A stretch of 64,000 nt of DNA from Octopus sinensis (GCF_006345805.1 NC_043026.1:14983579-15047578), one strand, 5' to 3'; positions 1 to 11,440 are shown, counted from the stretch's first letter. Notes: generated from the letters alone by a model not told the origin. Made by a program: numbers and translations.

Positions 1-800
1 AGTTACGGTGGGGAGGGGGGCGCTGTGACCTCACTGTCGCCAGTGTCACGTACAAAAGCACCCAGTCCACTCTCTGAAGGGGTGGCCATTAGGAATGGCA
101 TCCGGCTGTGGAAAACAAACCGAAGCAGGCATCGGAACTCAGTGTAGCTTTCCAGCTTGTTTGGATATTGTTGAAGCATCTAAGCCATTCCAGCAGACGA
201 GGCTGGCAATGGCCACGATCGGATGGTGCTTTTTATGTGCCACCGGCATGGAGGCCAGGCGAGGCTGGCAACGGCCACGATTGGATGGTGCTTTTTATGT
301 GCCACCGGCATGGAGGCCAGGTGAGGCTGGCAACGGCCACGATCGGATGGTGCTTTTTACGTGCCACCGGCATGGAAGCCAGTCGGGGCGGCGCTGGCAA
401 CGGCCACGTTCGGATGGTTCTCTTATGTGCCACCGGCACTGGTATCACAGCTACAATTTCCATTGGATGATATATATAAACATTACCAACCGCGTATATT
501 TAACATACATGCTTCATATATTTGCTGTTAGGTTGGGGCTTGGCGAGGCCTTAAGACACCCAAGAACCATGACCAGGTGAGAGAACTCATCGCTAATTCA
601 ATCTGGGAGAGAGGGGACATTGATGCTTCACCATTTTTGGCCTCAAAAATAGCAAAACATCCAAGTCCTAGATTGGATTAGCAGTGAGTTATCTCACCTG
701 CTGATGACTCTCAGGTGTTTCAACACCTGATGCTTTGGTCATGGTGATGATGATGACATATACAACTGCTTCTTTTTTTCTCTCTTTCTTCTCTGTCCAG

Positions 801-881
801 GTTCGAATCTTCAAGTTTCTCACAGGTAAACTCTCCAAAGTGTTTGACGAGTCCCTGGAACGAGTCACGGCTGTTCAACAG
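801..881 (+). CDS. PPWD1: PPWD1 internal exon (first in window; upstream exons lie outside): VRIFKFLTGKLSKVFDESLERVTAVQQ
   Basis: Polypyrimidine tract + CAG acceptor at 800, GTATGT donor at 882. Peptide matches the PPWD1 segment VRIFRFVTGKLMRVFDESL as recalled from human; phase 0/0. Confidence 0.93.
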
Positions 882-1026
882 GTATGTGAACCATGCAACT
901 ATTGGAGGTGGTGTCGGGTATTGTTGGGGGGGGGGGATTTTGTGGATGTTGGGGTGTGGGGTGGAGGGAGGTGTTATGTCTTTTCCTGTTTCATTACATC
1001 CCTTCAGCTGAAATTGTCTCTTGGGT

Positions 1027-1058
<32 letters not shown>

Positions 1059-1716
1059 GGTGGTGGTGGTAGTAGTAGTAGTAGAAGTAGTGGTAGTAGT
1101 TGTAGTAGAAGTAGAAGTAGTGGTAGTAGTTGTAGTGGTAGTGGTAGTAGTAGTAGTTGTAGTAGTGGTAGTAGTTTCTTCTACTATAGCCTCGGGCCGA
1201 CCAAAGCCTTGTGAGTGGATTTGGTAGACGGAAACTGAAAGAAGCCCGTCGTATATATGTATATATATATGTGTGTGCGTATGTTTGTGTGTCTGTATTT
1301 GTCCCCCCTAGCATTGCTTGACACCCGATGCTGGTGTGTTTACGTCCCTGTTACTTAGCGGTTCGGCAAAAGAGACCGATAGAATAAGAACTGGGCTTAC
1401 AAAAAGAATAAGTCCCGGGGTAGATTTGCTCGACTAAAGGCGGTGCTCCAGCATGGCCGCAGTCAAATGACTGAAACAAGTAAAAGAGCAAAAGAGTAAA
1501 ATTGATACTTTAATAAGCACAGATTTAATACTCCTATCTGCTCGGATTTAATAAACCGATATGCACAAATTTCATACACCAATCTGCATAGATTTCATAA
1601 CATATTTCCCGTTATTCCATGTTATTCTAATTCCTCTCTTCCAATTGTATTTCCTTTTAACCATAGTTTTTCTGTTTCTGTTTTCTCCTCTCCAACCATG
1701 GCCACCTCTCCTGAAG

Positions 1717-1810
1717 ATCAAGCAACAACTTCCCAACATGGAATTCGGCCGACGTATGGCCGTGGAACGAGATTTAGAGAAGTCGACCTCTTTCAGGAAT
1801 TGCAACATTG
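1717..1810 (+). CDS. PPWD1: PPWD1 exon: [31 protein letters not shown]
   Basis: AAG acceptor at 1716, GTGAGT donor at 1811. Contains the conserved [20 protein letters not shown] motif; phase 0/1. Confidence 0.95.
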
Positions 1811-2384
1811 GTGAGTGTTGGTGAAGGGGAGGAGGGGTGATGGTGGTGGTGGTGGTTGATATTTGTGGTGGTGTTGGTGGTGATGTTCGTTAAGAATAGT
1901 TCTGTAGGACTGCAGCTGGTCCAGATAGGCTCATTTTCAACAATCATCATCATCATCATCATTTAACGTCCGCTTTCCATGCTAGCATGGGTTGGACGGT
2001 TCGACCGGGGTCTGGCAAACCAGATGGCTGCACCAGGCTCCAGTTTTGAACTAGCAGAGTTTCTACAGCTGGATGCCCTTCCTAACGCCAACCACTCCGA
2101 GAGTGTAGTGGGTGAAGTTATGTGCCACCGAAACAGGTGCCAGACGAGGCTGGCGAACGGCCACGCTCGGATGGTGCTTTTTATGTGCCACTGACACAGG
2201 TGCCAGATGAGGCTGGCGAACGGTCACGATCGGATGGTGTTTGTTACGTGCCCACAGCACGGAGGCCAGTCGATGCAGTACTGGCTACGGCCACGTTCGG
2301 ATGGTTTTCTTGTGTGCCACCGGCACTGGTACCACAAAGATACAAATTCCATTGATGTTCATCTATTTTGATTTGGTTTGATTT

Positions 2385-3075
2385 TCAACAATGTACTTTG
2401 AAAGCGCTTGAGTGCCGTAGGTTGTTTCACGAATGACAGCAGCGGGAAGGCTATTTGACCCTGACCTGAATGCTTGCGGCAGGCCATACGTCGACAATTC
2501 ATTTCCACCCAGTTTAGCAATTCTGTCTTCAATGTCAATGAGTGTTTTGTTATAGATTTCATTGCTGATACCCTCCATGTCATTCCGAAAAGCTCTACCT
2601 GCGACGATTTCATCTCAATCGAAGGAGAGGGGCTTCCTCCGTCCGGGTTGCGGATCCGTTGAACAAGCTGCCAGACGAGATGGTGAAGATGCCGACGACC
2701 GCTTTGTTCAAAGCCTCCCTTGACCTCAAGTGGCCTGAACTCTTTACATGAACACCACCCTGTACTTAACTCCATGTCCCCCTACATGACCTTGCTATTT
2801 GCTTTTGAGCCAAATTAACTAACTAACTAACTAACATGTCAGGATAGAGCAGTTGAGCTTGGTGCTGAAAATCTTCAGCCAGGTTGCCTCTATATTTGAG
2901 CCATAGAGTGGCCGGATCATACAGTTCGCATGCCTGTAGTAATACTGCAAATAGTGCCCTGAGTCTTTTAGGTGATTGTGATAAAGCAGCCTCTCCTAAA
3001 GTTGCATCCCATTGTGCACCATCTTCTAACAGACCTTGTCGATAGCAGGCTTCTCTGTTAAGATGAGGTAGGGTT
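2385..3075 (-). mobile_element. Helitron Rep/helicase internal fragment in a PPWD1 intron, interrupted by a CR1 3' end
   Basis: Peptides REACYRQGLLEDGAQWDATLGEAALSQSPKRLRALFAVLLQACELYDPATLWLKYRGNLAEDF and LIDIEDRIAKLGGNELSTYGLPQ...IRETTY resemble the Rep-helicase linker of Helitrons. The frame rejoins (YPD-MEGIS) once 2583-2841 is removed. Confidence 0.82.
2583..2834 (+). mobile_element. 5'-truncated CR1-group LINE 3' end with (TAAC)n tail and 7-bp TSD
   Basis: Plus frame HSEKLYLRRFHLNRRRGASSVRVADPLNKLPDEMVKMPTTALFKASLDLKWPEL matches the CR1 ORF2 C-terminal pattern (RV..WN.LP...V......FK..LD). Tail TAACTAACTAAC; direct repeats CATGTCA at 2576-2582 and 2835-2841. Confidence 0.85.
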
Positions 3076-3281
3076 TGCACTCTGACCTCGTAAGACCCTC
3101 ACTGGCCCTCAACTACCTGAAACCAGGCTCTGATGGGTCGGAGGGTTCAGTCACCCAGGTACCATCCACGTGCAACTGTAGGGAACCACCAACAGATGAT
3201 AGACGCAATGATGCACTGTTCCTGCACATGTCCCTTCTACAAGTGCTACCATTATATCTCTATTCTTTTCTCTTATTTCAG

Positions 3282-3335
3282 TTTTTGACGAAACTGGTTA
3301 CTTTGTCCTCTACAGCTCTATGCTGGGTGTGAAAG
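3282..3335 (+). CDS. PPWD1: PPWD1 54-nt exon: (V)FDETGYFVLYSSMLGVK
   Basis: TTTCAG acceptor at 3281, GTAAG donor at 3336. Matches VFDETGHFVLYGTMLGIK; phase 1/1. Not in the supplied ORF track. Confidence 0.93.
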
Positions 3336-3459
3336 GTAAGATGTCTTCTAAATTGGATTATATTTCATTGTCTAATATTTACAGATTTCATGGTGGAATA
3401 AGCACAATTTTGTATAATTTTATTAAATCTCAGAACGAGATGTAAACAGTAACCGCTCA

Positions 3460-3730
3460 ACAATGTAAAGTATAATAGCCATCTCAATATGGCTAACCAC
3501 AAAGGGGGTTGTTACTGTAGCTTGTAGCCCCAGGAGATAATCGTCTCCAGCTGGCTTTAGGCACACTATCTGTGCTCTTATAGTATTGGCCTCCCTTTGC
3601 AAATACCATAAGGGCACAGATAGTGTGTCTAAAGCCAGCTGGAGACTATGATCTCCTGGGGCTAAAAAGCTACAATAACACCCCCCTTTGTGGTTAGCCA
3701 TATTGAGATGGCTAGTATACTTTACATTGT
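3460..3730. mobile_element. Fold-back/MITE-like palindrome in a PPWD1 intron
   Basis: About 125-bp inverted arms (ACAATGTAAAGTAT...ATAGTATT / AATACCAT...ATACTTTACATTGT) around the 14-nt loop GGCCTCCCTTTGCA. Confidence 0.85.
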
Positions 3731-4024
3731 ATAATTTTATCTGCACAGATTTCATCCTGTAATTTTCCAAACCCAAAACTCCGACTTCAGTGATGGAGCA
3801 GAAAGCACTTAAAACTGGGTTTTACTCTTTTACTTGTTTCAGTCATTTGACTGCGGCCATGCTGGAGCACCGCCTTTAGTCGAGCAACTCGACCCCGGGA
3901 CTTATTCTTTGTAAGCCCAGTACTTATTCTATCGGTCTCTTTTGCCGAACCGCTAAGTGACGGGAACGTAAACACACCAGCATCGGTTGTCAAGCAATGC
4001 TAGGGGGACAAACACAGACACACA

Positions 4025-4089
<65 letters not shown>

Positions 4090-4549
4090 GACAGGCTTCT
4101 TTCAGTTTCCGTCTACCAAATCCACTCAGAAGGCATTAGTCGGCTCGGAGTTATAGCAGAAGACACTTGCCCAAGATGCCACGCAGTGGGACTGAACCCG
4201 GAACCATGTGGTTGGTTAGCAAGCTACTTACCACACAGCCACTCCTGTGCCTATATGTTGACAATAGAAAGAATAATTCAAATAGAAAATAGTGTTTCCA
4301 TTATTTTCTCCTCTCTACTCTTCCTCTCACTCATTTGCTGTCGCACACCCTTAATCCCCGCCACACATACACCCCTTTCCACTCCTTCCTTGCCCCTCAC
4401 CCCCAACGCTACTCCGTGTCACATGACTATTACTCCCTTCCCCCACCTTTCGCCCCTATATACATAATAATATTTAAAAGCAGCTCTCACCAGTCTCTCT
4501 TTTTTCTCTCTCTCTCTCTTCCCATCCATCCATGACCACCACCATCCAG

Positions 4550-4793
4550 TGGTCAACCTCTATACCAACCAATGTATGCGAATCCTTGGAAAGCCAGAGA
4601 ATGCTCGGCTGCTGCAGATCGACTTGTTGCAGGGTTCCGGTAAGCGCCACAAGGTAGCGCTGGATGCAGACATGGTTGCCGCTGACAACCCCATCATCCA
4701 GGCCCCACTGCAGGACCCCACACTCTTCTGCACGGCCTTCAAGAAAAACCGATTCTACATGTTCACCAGAAGAGAACCAGAAGACATCAAGAG
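4550..4793 (+). CDS. PPWD1: PPWD1 exon: VNLYTNQCMRILGKPEN...DPTLFCTAFKKNRFYMFTRREPEDIK
   Basis: CAG acceptor at 4549, GTATGT donor at 4794. Conserved FKKNRFYMFTxREPED motif; phase 1/2. Confidence 0.96.
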
Positions 4794-4838
4794 GTATGTT
4801 TGTTGTTTAATCCTGGGACAGTTGTGATCCATTACACC

Positions 4839-5300
4839 TATTTCTTTATTACCCACAAGGGGCTAAACATAAAGGGGGCAAACAAGGACAGACATAGGCA
4901 TTAAGTTGATTACATCGACCCCAATGCGTAACTGGTACTTAATTTATCAACCCCGAAAAGATGAAGGCCAAGTCAACCTCGGCGGAATTTGAACTCAGAA
5001 CGTAAAGACAGACGAAATACCTATTTCTTTACTACCCACAAGGGGCTAAACATAAAGGGGGCAAACAAGGACAGACATAGGCATTAAGTTGATTACATCG
5101 ACCCCAATGCGTAACTGGTACTTAATTTATCAACCCCGAAAAGATGAAAGGCCAAGTCAACCTCGGCGGAATTTGAACTCAGAACGTAAAGACAGACGAA
5201 ATACCTATTTCTTTACTACCCACAAGGGGCTAAACATAGAGGGGACAAACAAGGACAGACATAGGTGTTACGTCGATTACATCGACCCCAGTGCATAACT
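4839..5300 (-). repeat. ~182-bp unit x 2.5 tandem copies of a Nin-like SINE segment
   Basis: TATTTCTTTA(T/C)TACCCACAAGGGGCTAAAC recurs at ~4839, 5021 and 5205. Confidence 0.85.
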
Positions 5301-6216
5301 GGGTAAGTAGCTTGCTTACCAACCACATGGTTCCGGGTTCAGTCCCACTGCGTGGCATCTTGTGCAAGTGTCTTCTGCTATAGCCCCGGGTCGACCAAAG
5401 CCTTGTGAGTGGATTTGGTAGACGGAAACTGAAAGAAGCCCGTCCTATATATGTGTATATATATATGCGTGTGTGTGTTTGTGTGTCTGTGTTTGTCCCC
5501 CTAGCATTGCTTGACAACCGATGCTGGTGTGTTTATGTCCCCGTTACTTAGCAGTTCGGCAAAAGAGTCCGATAGAATTAGTACTAGGCTTACAAAAAGA
5601 ATAAGTCACGGGGTCGAGTTGCTCGATTAAAGGTGGTGCTCCAGCATGGCTGCAGTGAAATGACTGAAACAAGTATAAGAGAGAGTAAGAGTAAACGAGT
5701 AGCCCTTAACTTAAATATGGGCCACATTAAATGGCATTTCTCTCTTATTGGATGGGGAATGGGTTTGTTTTGTGTGTGTGTGTGTGTTTCATCATCGTTT
5801 AGCGTCCGTTCTCCATGCTAGCATGGGTTGGACGGTTCAACTGGGGTCTGGGAAGCCAGGAGGCTGCACCAGGCCCAGTCTGATCTGGCAGTGTTTCTAC
5901 AGCTGGATGCCCTTCCTAACGCCAACCACTCCGTTAGTCTAGTGGGTGTTTTTACGTGCCACCGGCACAGGTGCCAGATGAGGCTGGCAAACGGCCATGA
6001 TCGGATGGTGCTTTTTATGTGCCACCGGGACGGGGGCCAGGCGAGGCTGGCAATGGCCTCAAACGGATGGTGCCTTTTAAATGCCACCGGCACGGAGGCC
6101 AGTCAATGCGGTACTGGCTACGGCCAGGTTCGGATGGTTTTCGTATGTGCCACCGGCACTGGTACCATAAAACTACAAATTCCATCAATGTTCATCGAGT
6201 TTGCTTTTGATTTTGT

Positions 6217-6268
<52 letters not shown>

Positions 6269-6339
6269 TCACACACATATATATATGTATATATATACTC
6301 ACACACCTTATATTTGCATCTGTCTGTGTGTCATTACAG

Positions 6340-6406
6340 TGGAGCCACAGAGAGAGACATCTTCAATGAAAAACCCTCAAAAGAGGAGCTGGTTGCAGCC
6401 ACCCAG
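6340..6406 (+). CDS. PPWD1: PPWD1 exon: (S)[22 protein letters not shown]
   Basis: CAG acceptor at 6339, GTAAG donor at 6407. Conserved [12 protein letters not shown] motif; phase 2/0. Confidence 0.96.
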
Positions 6407-6804
6407 GTAAGAATGCAGGTATATGGTGAGGTGGGGGAGGGGTATCGCAACCCTCACCCCCAGCTGGAGCAAGATAGAAGGTCGGTTGGAGTAGAGTCTC
6501 TACCTTATATATGCTACAGCATGTATAAAGTTATATGCAGACTATATAAACCTATCTGCAAGCTGTATATAAGAATTAATAAATTAATTATGTTGTATAT
6601 AGATCAAATGAAGGTATATGTTTTATAAAATATATTTTATTCTTTATTTATGATTTGGTTTATGTCTATCATTGTTTGAATTGCATAATAGTGGGGTTTT
6701 TTTCTCTAATTTATATTTTATATATTGTGAAATTTGAATTAATACTAAATTGAATTTTTCCCTGTAAGTTTGGAGTTATACTCTCTAATATTATTATTAT
6801 TATT

Positions 6805-6814
6805 ATTTTATATA

Positions 6815-6861
<47 letters not shown>

Positions 6862-6923
6862 TATATGTATATATATATATATGTATATATATATGTATAT
6901 ATATATATGTATATATATATATG

Positions 6924-6972
<49 letters not shown>

Positions 6973-7049
6973 GTATATATATATATGTATGTATATATAT
7001 AGTATGTATATATATATATATGTATGTATATATATATATGTATGTATAT

Positions 7050-7082
<33 letters not shown>

Positions 7083-7115
7083 GTATATATATGTATGTAT
7101 ATATGTATATATATG

Positions 7116-7183
<68 letters not shown>

Positions 7184-7195
7184 TATATATGTATG

Positions 7196-7249
<54 letters not shown>

Positions 7250-7400
7250 TATGTATGTATATATATATATGTATGTATATAATATATATGTATGTATATA
7301 TATATGTATATATATATGTATATATGTATGTATATATATATGTATATATGTATGTATATATATATATATATATACACATATACATGCATACACACACATA
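6805..7400. repeat. (TA)n/(TATG)n compound microsatellite (other large SSRs: (GTA/GTG)n 1025-1180, (GATA)n 33325-33800, (TTA)n 43740-44090, (CAA/CAC/CAT)n 56190-56405)
   Basis: Direct inspection. Confidence 0.95.
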
Positions 7401-7456
7401 CACAGACAAATGTTAATGTATATTTACTGTTTTTCTCTATTTCTTTTTCCATCCAG

Positions 7457-7539
7457 GATGCATCTTACACCCGTGTTGCTGAATCTTGTATCCTTCACAC
7501 TTCATCAGGTGACATACACTGCAAACTCTTCCCAAGAGA
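7457..7539 (+). CDS. PPWD1: PPWD1 exon, start of cyclophilin domain: [27 protein letters not shown](E)
   Basis: CAG acceptor at 7456, GTAAGT donor at 7540. HTSxGDIHxKLFP motif; phase 0/2. Confidence 0.95.
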
Positions 7540-7979
7540 GTAAGTACACTTCTCCTCTCTCTCTCTCTCTCTCTCTCACACACACTCACACGCTCCGTAT
7601 ATACATTCATATATATATAGATAAGACGTGGGTAGAAACTGCGTAATGTGTACCTGATGCAAGCTATGGACACATAAGGTGCAACAATATCAGCCAGGGG
7701 AAAAAAGCTCATCTCCTGCGCACCCAGGGTATGTAACCTATCCCTTTGTCACAGGTCAGGCTGCTATCTCAATGGGTTGTCTTCTTATTTTATTTTTCTA
7801 CTGTGGATGTGTGACCCCTGGATGTTGGAGGTTGGAGCAAAGGAAAGTGTTACTGAAAATACAGCTAATCAAGCCGGATAGAGCTGGGAATTTTGTTGGA
7901 CGGGGTCGACACACTGTGAAAAAGTAATAACTAGGCTAACACCACCTGAACACACAAGTATATACACAAATATACATAC

Positions 7980-8274
7980 ACTAGCAGTATCGCCCGGCGT
8001 TGCTCAGGTTTGTAAGGGAAATAACTATATAAGCATTTTTAGAGAGTTACTTCCCTTATATAAACCGAGCAAAAATGGGAAAAAATGATGGTAAATTTTT
8101 TTTTAAATCGTAGACTCATCGTAGACGCGCGCTAATACCCAGAAGGGCTCGATATGAATCACGACTATAAGATACCCGGTTTTGGTTAAACTGCACCGCA
8201 AAATGTGGGAGTAGTTAGGAATCTAAATCGGAGGAGACAGACTCTCACACAACTTTAGTTTTATATATAAAGAT
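7980..8274 (+). mobile_element. Non-autonomous Helitron/Helentron-like element (HINE/DINE-1/Lep1 type)
   Basis: 5' ACTAGCAGTATCGCCCGGCGTTGCTC; 3' ...GACAGACTCTCACACAACTTTAGTTTTATATATAAAGAT. Confidence 0.6.
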
Positions 8275-8362
8275 ATATATATATATATATATACTCACAC
8301 ACAATGACAAGTATTCTCACTCTCATATTTTCCTTTTCTCCCTCTCTCTCTTTCTGTTTCAG

Positions 8363-8475
8363 GTGTCCAAAGACTGTAGAAAACTTTTGCGTTCACAGCC
8401 GTAACAGTTACTTCAATGGACATATTTTCCACAGAGTTATTAAAGGGTTTATGATACAGACCGGTGACCCACTTG
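8363..8475 (+). CDS. PPWD1: PPWD1 exon: [37 protein letters not shown]
   Basis: CAG acceptor at 8362, GTAATA donor at 8476. Cyclophilin signature PKTVENF...[15 protein letters not shown]; phase 2/1. Confidence 0.97.
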
Positions 8476-8481
8476 GTAATA

Positions 8482-8552
<71 letters not shown>

Positions 8553-8560
8553 CTGTATGT

Positions 8561-8591
<31 letters not shown>

Positions 8592-8769
8592 AAAATAATT
8601 AAAAGGGCAGGCAACAGGCTGCTTCGCCACATACCGAAGGAATTAGAAATGGCAGTCAAAGACTGTTTTTCCCATTTTCTACAAGTGGAGGTTCCATATA
8701 CGACAAACCCTGCGATTCACATACGCAAAATCGGAGTAGCAAATAAATGAAAACAATCTCTTACCGTCA

Positions 8770-8830
8770 ATGGTGAACATGTTTCTAGATCGTAGGCGAG
8801 AAATTGCCTGATTTCCTTCGTCAACACCAT
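8770..8830 (-). ncRNA. Degenerate hammerhead (C3U)
   Basis: Minus strand: AUGGUG-UUGACGA-(imperfect stem II with AGGC/GCCU)-GAAAC-AU-GUU|CACCAU. 6-bp stem I. Confidence 0.45.
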
Positions 8831-9032
8831 ACTCGATAGATTTACCAAATGCCACAAGCCTTCACCTCTGACCAAGCGACATCAGATAGTGGGGGTAGGT
8901 ATCATCATCATCATCATCATCATTTAGCGTCCGTTTTCCATGCTAGCATGGGTTGGACGGTTCAACTGGGGTCTGTGAAGCTGGAAGGCTTCATCAGGCC
9001 CATACATATATATATATGTATGTATGTTATAA

Positions 9033-9074
<42 letters not shown>

Positions 9075-9232
9075 GAAAATGGAGGAACAAATTCATTTCA
9101 ATAAGCAACTTACAGATATTACCAATTCATATTATTTATTAACTACATAAATAGGAACATCCAAATCCAACAAAACAATATACATCAATATGTAAGATAA
9201 TAATATCATAAGAATAATACACATAAAAGGGA

Positions 9233-9356
9233 TCTTACAGCTGTTTCAGCCTGTAGATAAAGGTATCTCATTCTGCCTATATTAGTCAGATGTATTCAGG
9301 TAATATGCAGTTAAAAATGAGTTACTTATATATATATCTCAAGGCCTCGTCAGAGA
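9233..9356 (-). ncRNA. Type I hammerhead ribozyme, canonical core, long stem II insert; antisense in a PPWD1 intron
   Basis: Minus strand: UCU-CUGACGA-GGCCU(~90 nt)AGGCU-GAAAC-AGCU-GUA|AGA. Palindromic stem III loop; stem I only 3 bp. Confidence 0.7.
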
Positions 9357-9751
9357 GTATAAATGACGATTATAAAAATGCAAATATAAATAGGAAACAA
9401 AATACACATACACAAGAATATATATATATATATATATACATACATATTTACAAATATATATACATATATATATACATCCATCATCATCATCATTTAATAT
9501 CGTTTTCCATGCTGGCATGGGTTAGACGGTTTGACATGGAGCTGGTCAACTGGGGGAGCTGTTCAGACTCCATTTGTCTGTTGAGGCACAGTTTCTACAG
9601 CTGGATGACCTTCCTAATACGCCAACCACCCTACAAAGTGTGCAGGTGGCCTTTTCACTGTCGTGTAATAAGCTGGTTATCTATATGTGCACAAACGCAC
9701 ACTCATATATATATATATATATATATTTGCTTATTTATTTAACTATTATCA

Positions 9752-9850
9752 TTAACCTGAAGATTGTCTATAACCATAATTCGAATTTATAATTGAATTT
9801 AAATTATTGTAATTCGAATTAGGTTATGGCCATGAAATGTGCGTAGTGGT
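9752..9850 (+). ncRNA. Degenerate hammerhead, sense to PPWD1; a related copy lies at 31853-31945 (-)
   Basis: CUGAAGA at 9757, long stem II (AUAACC..AAUUCGAAUU / AAUUCGAAUU..GGUUAU), GAAA at 9834, GUA|GUGGU. Stem I and the base of stem II are mismatched. Confidence 0.45.
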
Positions 9851-10120
9851 TTTACTATAATGAACTTTTAATACTTTTTGTTAGTTATATATATAAAAAA
9901 ATATATATATATATATATAAATATAAATTAATAATTTTATATTTTATATATTTTGCAAATTATATTAATTATTTTTATTTTTGTGTTTTGGTTTGTGTTT
10001 TTCACTGTTTGATTTGCCTAATAGTGGTTTTATCTCTAATTTAATTTATATATATATATATTATGGAGATGTACTTGCATAGCAAGTGATTTGATCTGAG
10101 ATCGTGTGCTGAAACGAAAA

Positions 10121-10612
10121 CAATTGCAGCGTGGAAGGTGTTTATAAGCCATTTAAGAAACACACAAAAGCCGTTCGATTCACTTCAACATTTAAGTTTA
10201 ATTTGTCAAAATATTTTCGTCGCTTTAAGACCGCGACCTGTTCACTGACAAAAATCCGTGCTGCACAGCGAACAGGTCGCGGTCTTAAAGCGACAAAAAT
10301 ATTTTGACAAATTAAACTTAACCCTTTAGCATTCAAACTGGCCATATCCGGCCAAAAATATTCTGCCTGTTTTATATTCAAACTGGCCAGATCTGATCTC
10401 TCACACCAACCCTACAATATCATTTTAAAAATTAACAGCTACCTCATCAAAATCTCAAAACTACAAGATAATGCATGATTAGTTCAAGGCAATTTGGATG
10501 AAGAAGCATTTGGCAGAATAATGTGAACACTAAAGGGTTAAATGTTGAAGTGAATCGAACAGCTTTTGTGTGTTTCTTAAATGGCTTACAAACACCTTCC
10601 ACGCTGCAATTG
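10121..10612. repeat. Long palindrome with one arm interrupted by a MITE
   Basis: Arm 10121-10247 is the reverse complement of 10266-10612 minus the MITE; 18-nt loop. A third partial copy lies at 10641-10712. Confidence 0.88.
10322..10537. mobile_element. piggyBac-type MITE (216 bp)
   Basis: TTAA-CCCTTTAG ... CTAAAGGG-TTAA (TTAA at 10318-10321 and 10538-10541). Removing it restores the surrounding palindrome arm. Confidence 0.85.
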
Positions 10613-10694
10613 TATATAATATATATATATAAACCTTATTCAGCATGGATTTTTGTCAGTGAACAGGTCTCGGTCTTATAGCGACGAAAATATC

Positions 10695-10900
10695 TAGAGA
10701 ATAAAGGTCGAGCGTCTTCAGCCTTTCTTCATTAGACAAATGCTTGAGACCAAGAACCATGTGGGTAACAGCTTCTGGACTCTTTCGAGATGATGTATGT
10801 CTTTGAGGAGATAAGTGTTGACCCCTGCCATAAAACCATGTCTGGCCATTGATCATTTGGAAAAGCAGGGGAATTAGGGTTGCGAACAGCAAAGGCCCCT
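10695..10900 (-). mobile_element. CR1-group LINE ORF2 fragment
   Basis: Two frames give YLLKDIHHLERVQ and THMVLGLKHLSNEERLKTLDLYSL, the CR1 post-RT motif LERVQRRATK...LSYEERL..L.LYSL. Confidence 0.75.
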
Positions 10901-11288
10901 GGCTGTTGACTATGGGCCCAGATGTTATTTAACCCCTACTAGCTTGGAAACTGTGGATCTTTGTCTTGTAATTTATTTGGTGTCCCTGCCAGTGTTGGTG
11001 CCACGTGAAGAATCTCCAGTCCACTCTGTAAAGTGGTTGGCATTTGGAAGGGCATCCAGCTGTTAAAACCCTACCAAAACAGACACAGAAGCCTGGTGCA
11101 GTGTCCTTGCCTGGTCAGCTCCTGTCAAACCGTCCAGCATGGAAGGTGAACCTCAAATGACGATGATGATGATGAAACTAAAGATTGTACAAGAAACAAA
11201 ATAAAAGTTGGAGTAGAACGAAACATGTCTCCCCACATTCTCTCTCTCTCTCTCTTTCTCCATCTTACTACTGTCTGTTTCTCTTTAG

Positions 11289-11440
11289 GGAATGGCACAG
11301 GTGGAGAGTCAATATGGGGTGGAGAGTTTGAAGATGAGTTCCATCCCAGCCTGCGTCATGATCGACCCTACACTCTCAGTATGGCAAACGCCGGGGCCAA
11401 TTCTAATGGATCACAGTTCTTCATCACAGTCGTTCCTACG
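11289..11440 (+). CDS. PPWD1: PPWD1 exon: (G)[50 protein letters not shown]
   Basis: TAG acceptor at 11288, GTAAGT donor at 11441. Cyclophilin core [15 protein letters not shown]; phase 1/0. Confidence 0.97.

Noticed and set aside
994-1314. Poly-Tyr/His, poly-Val and poly-Ser/Gly ORFs
   Set aside because: (GTA/GTG)n microsatellite in the first PPWD1 intron of the window.
2359-2775. 138-aa minus-strand ORF
   Set aside because: Chimeric antisense read-through of the CR1 insert into an off-frame part of the Helitron fragment.
6770-7646. Many long ORFs rich in Y/I/M/C/V/H on both strands (also near 14350-14930, 16890-17890, 32980-33230 and 55830-56145)
   Set aside because: These are translations of (TA)n/(TATG)n microsatellites that lack stop codons; there is no coding signal.
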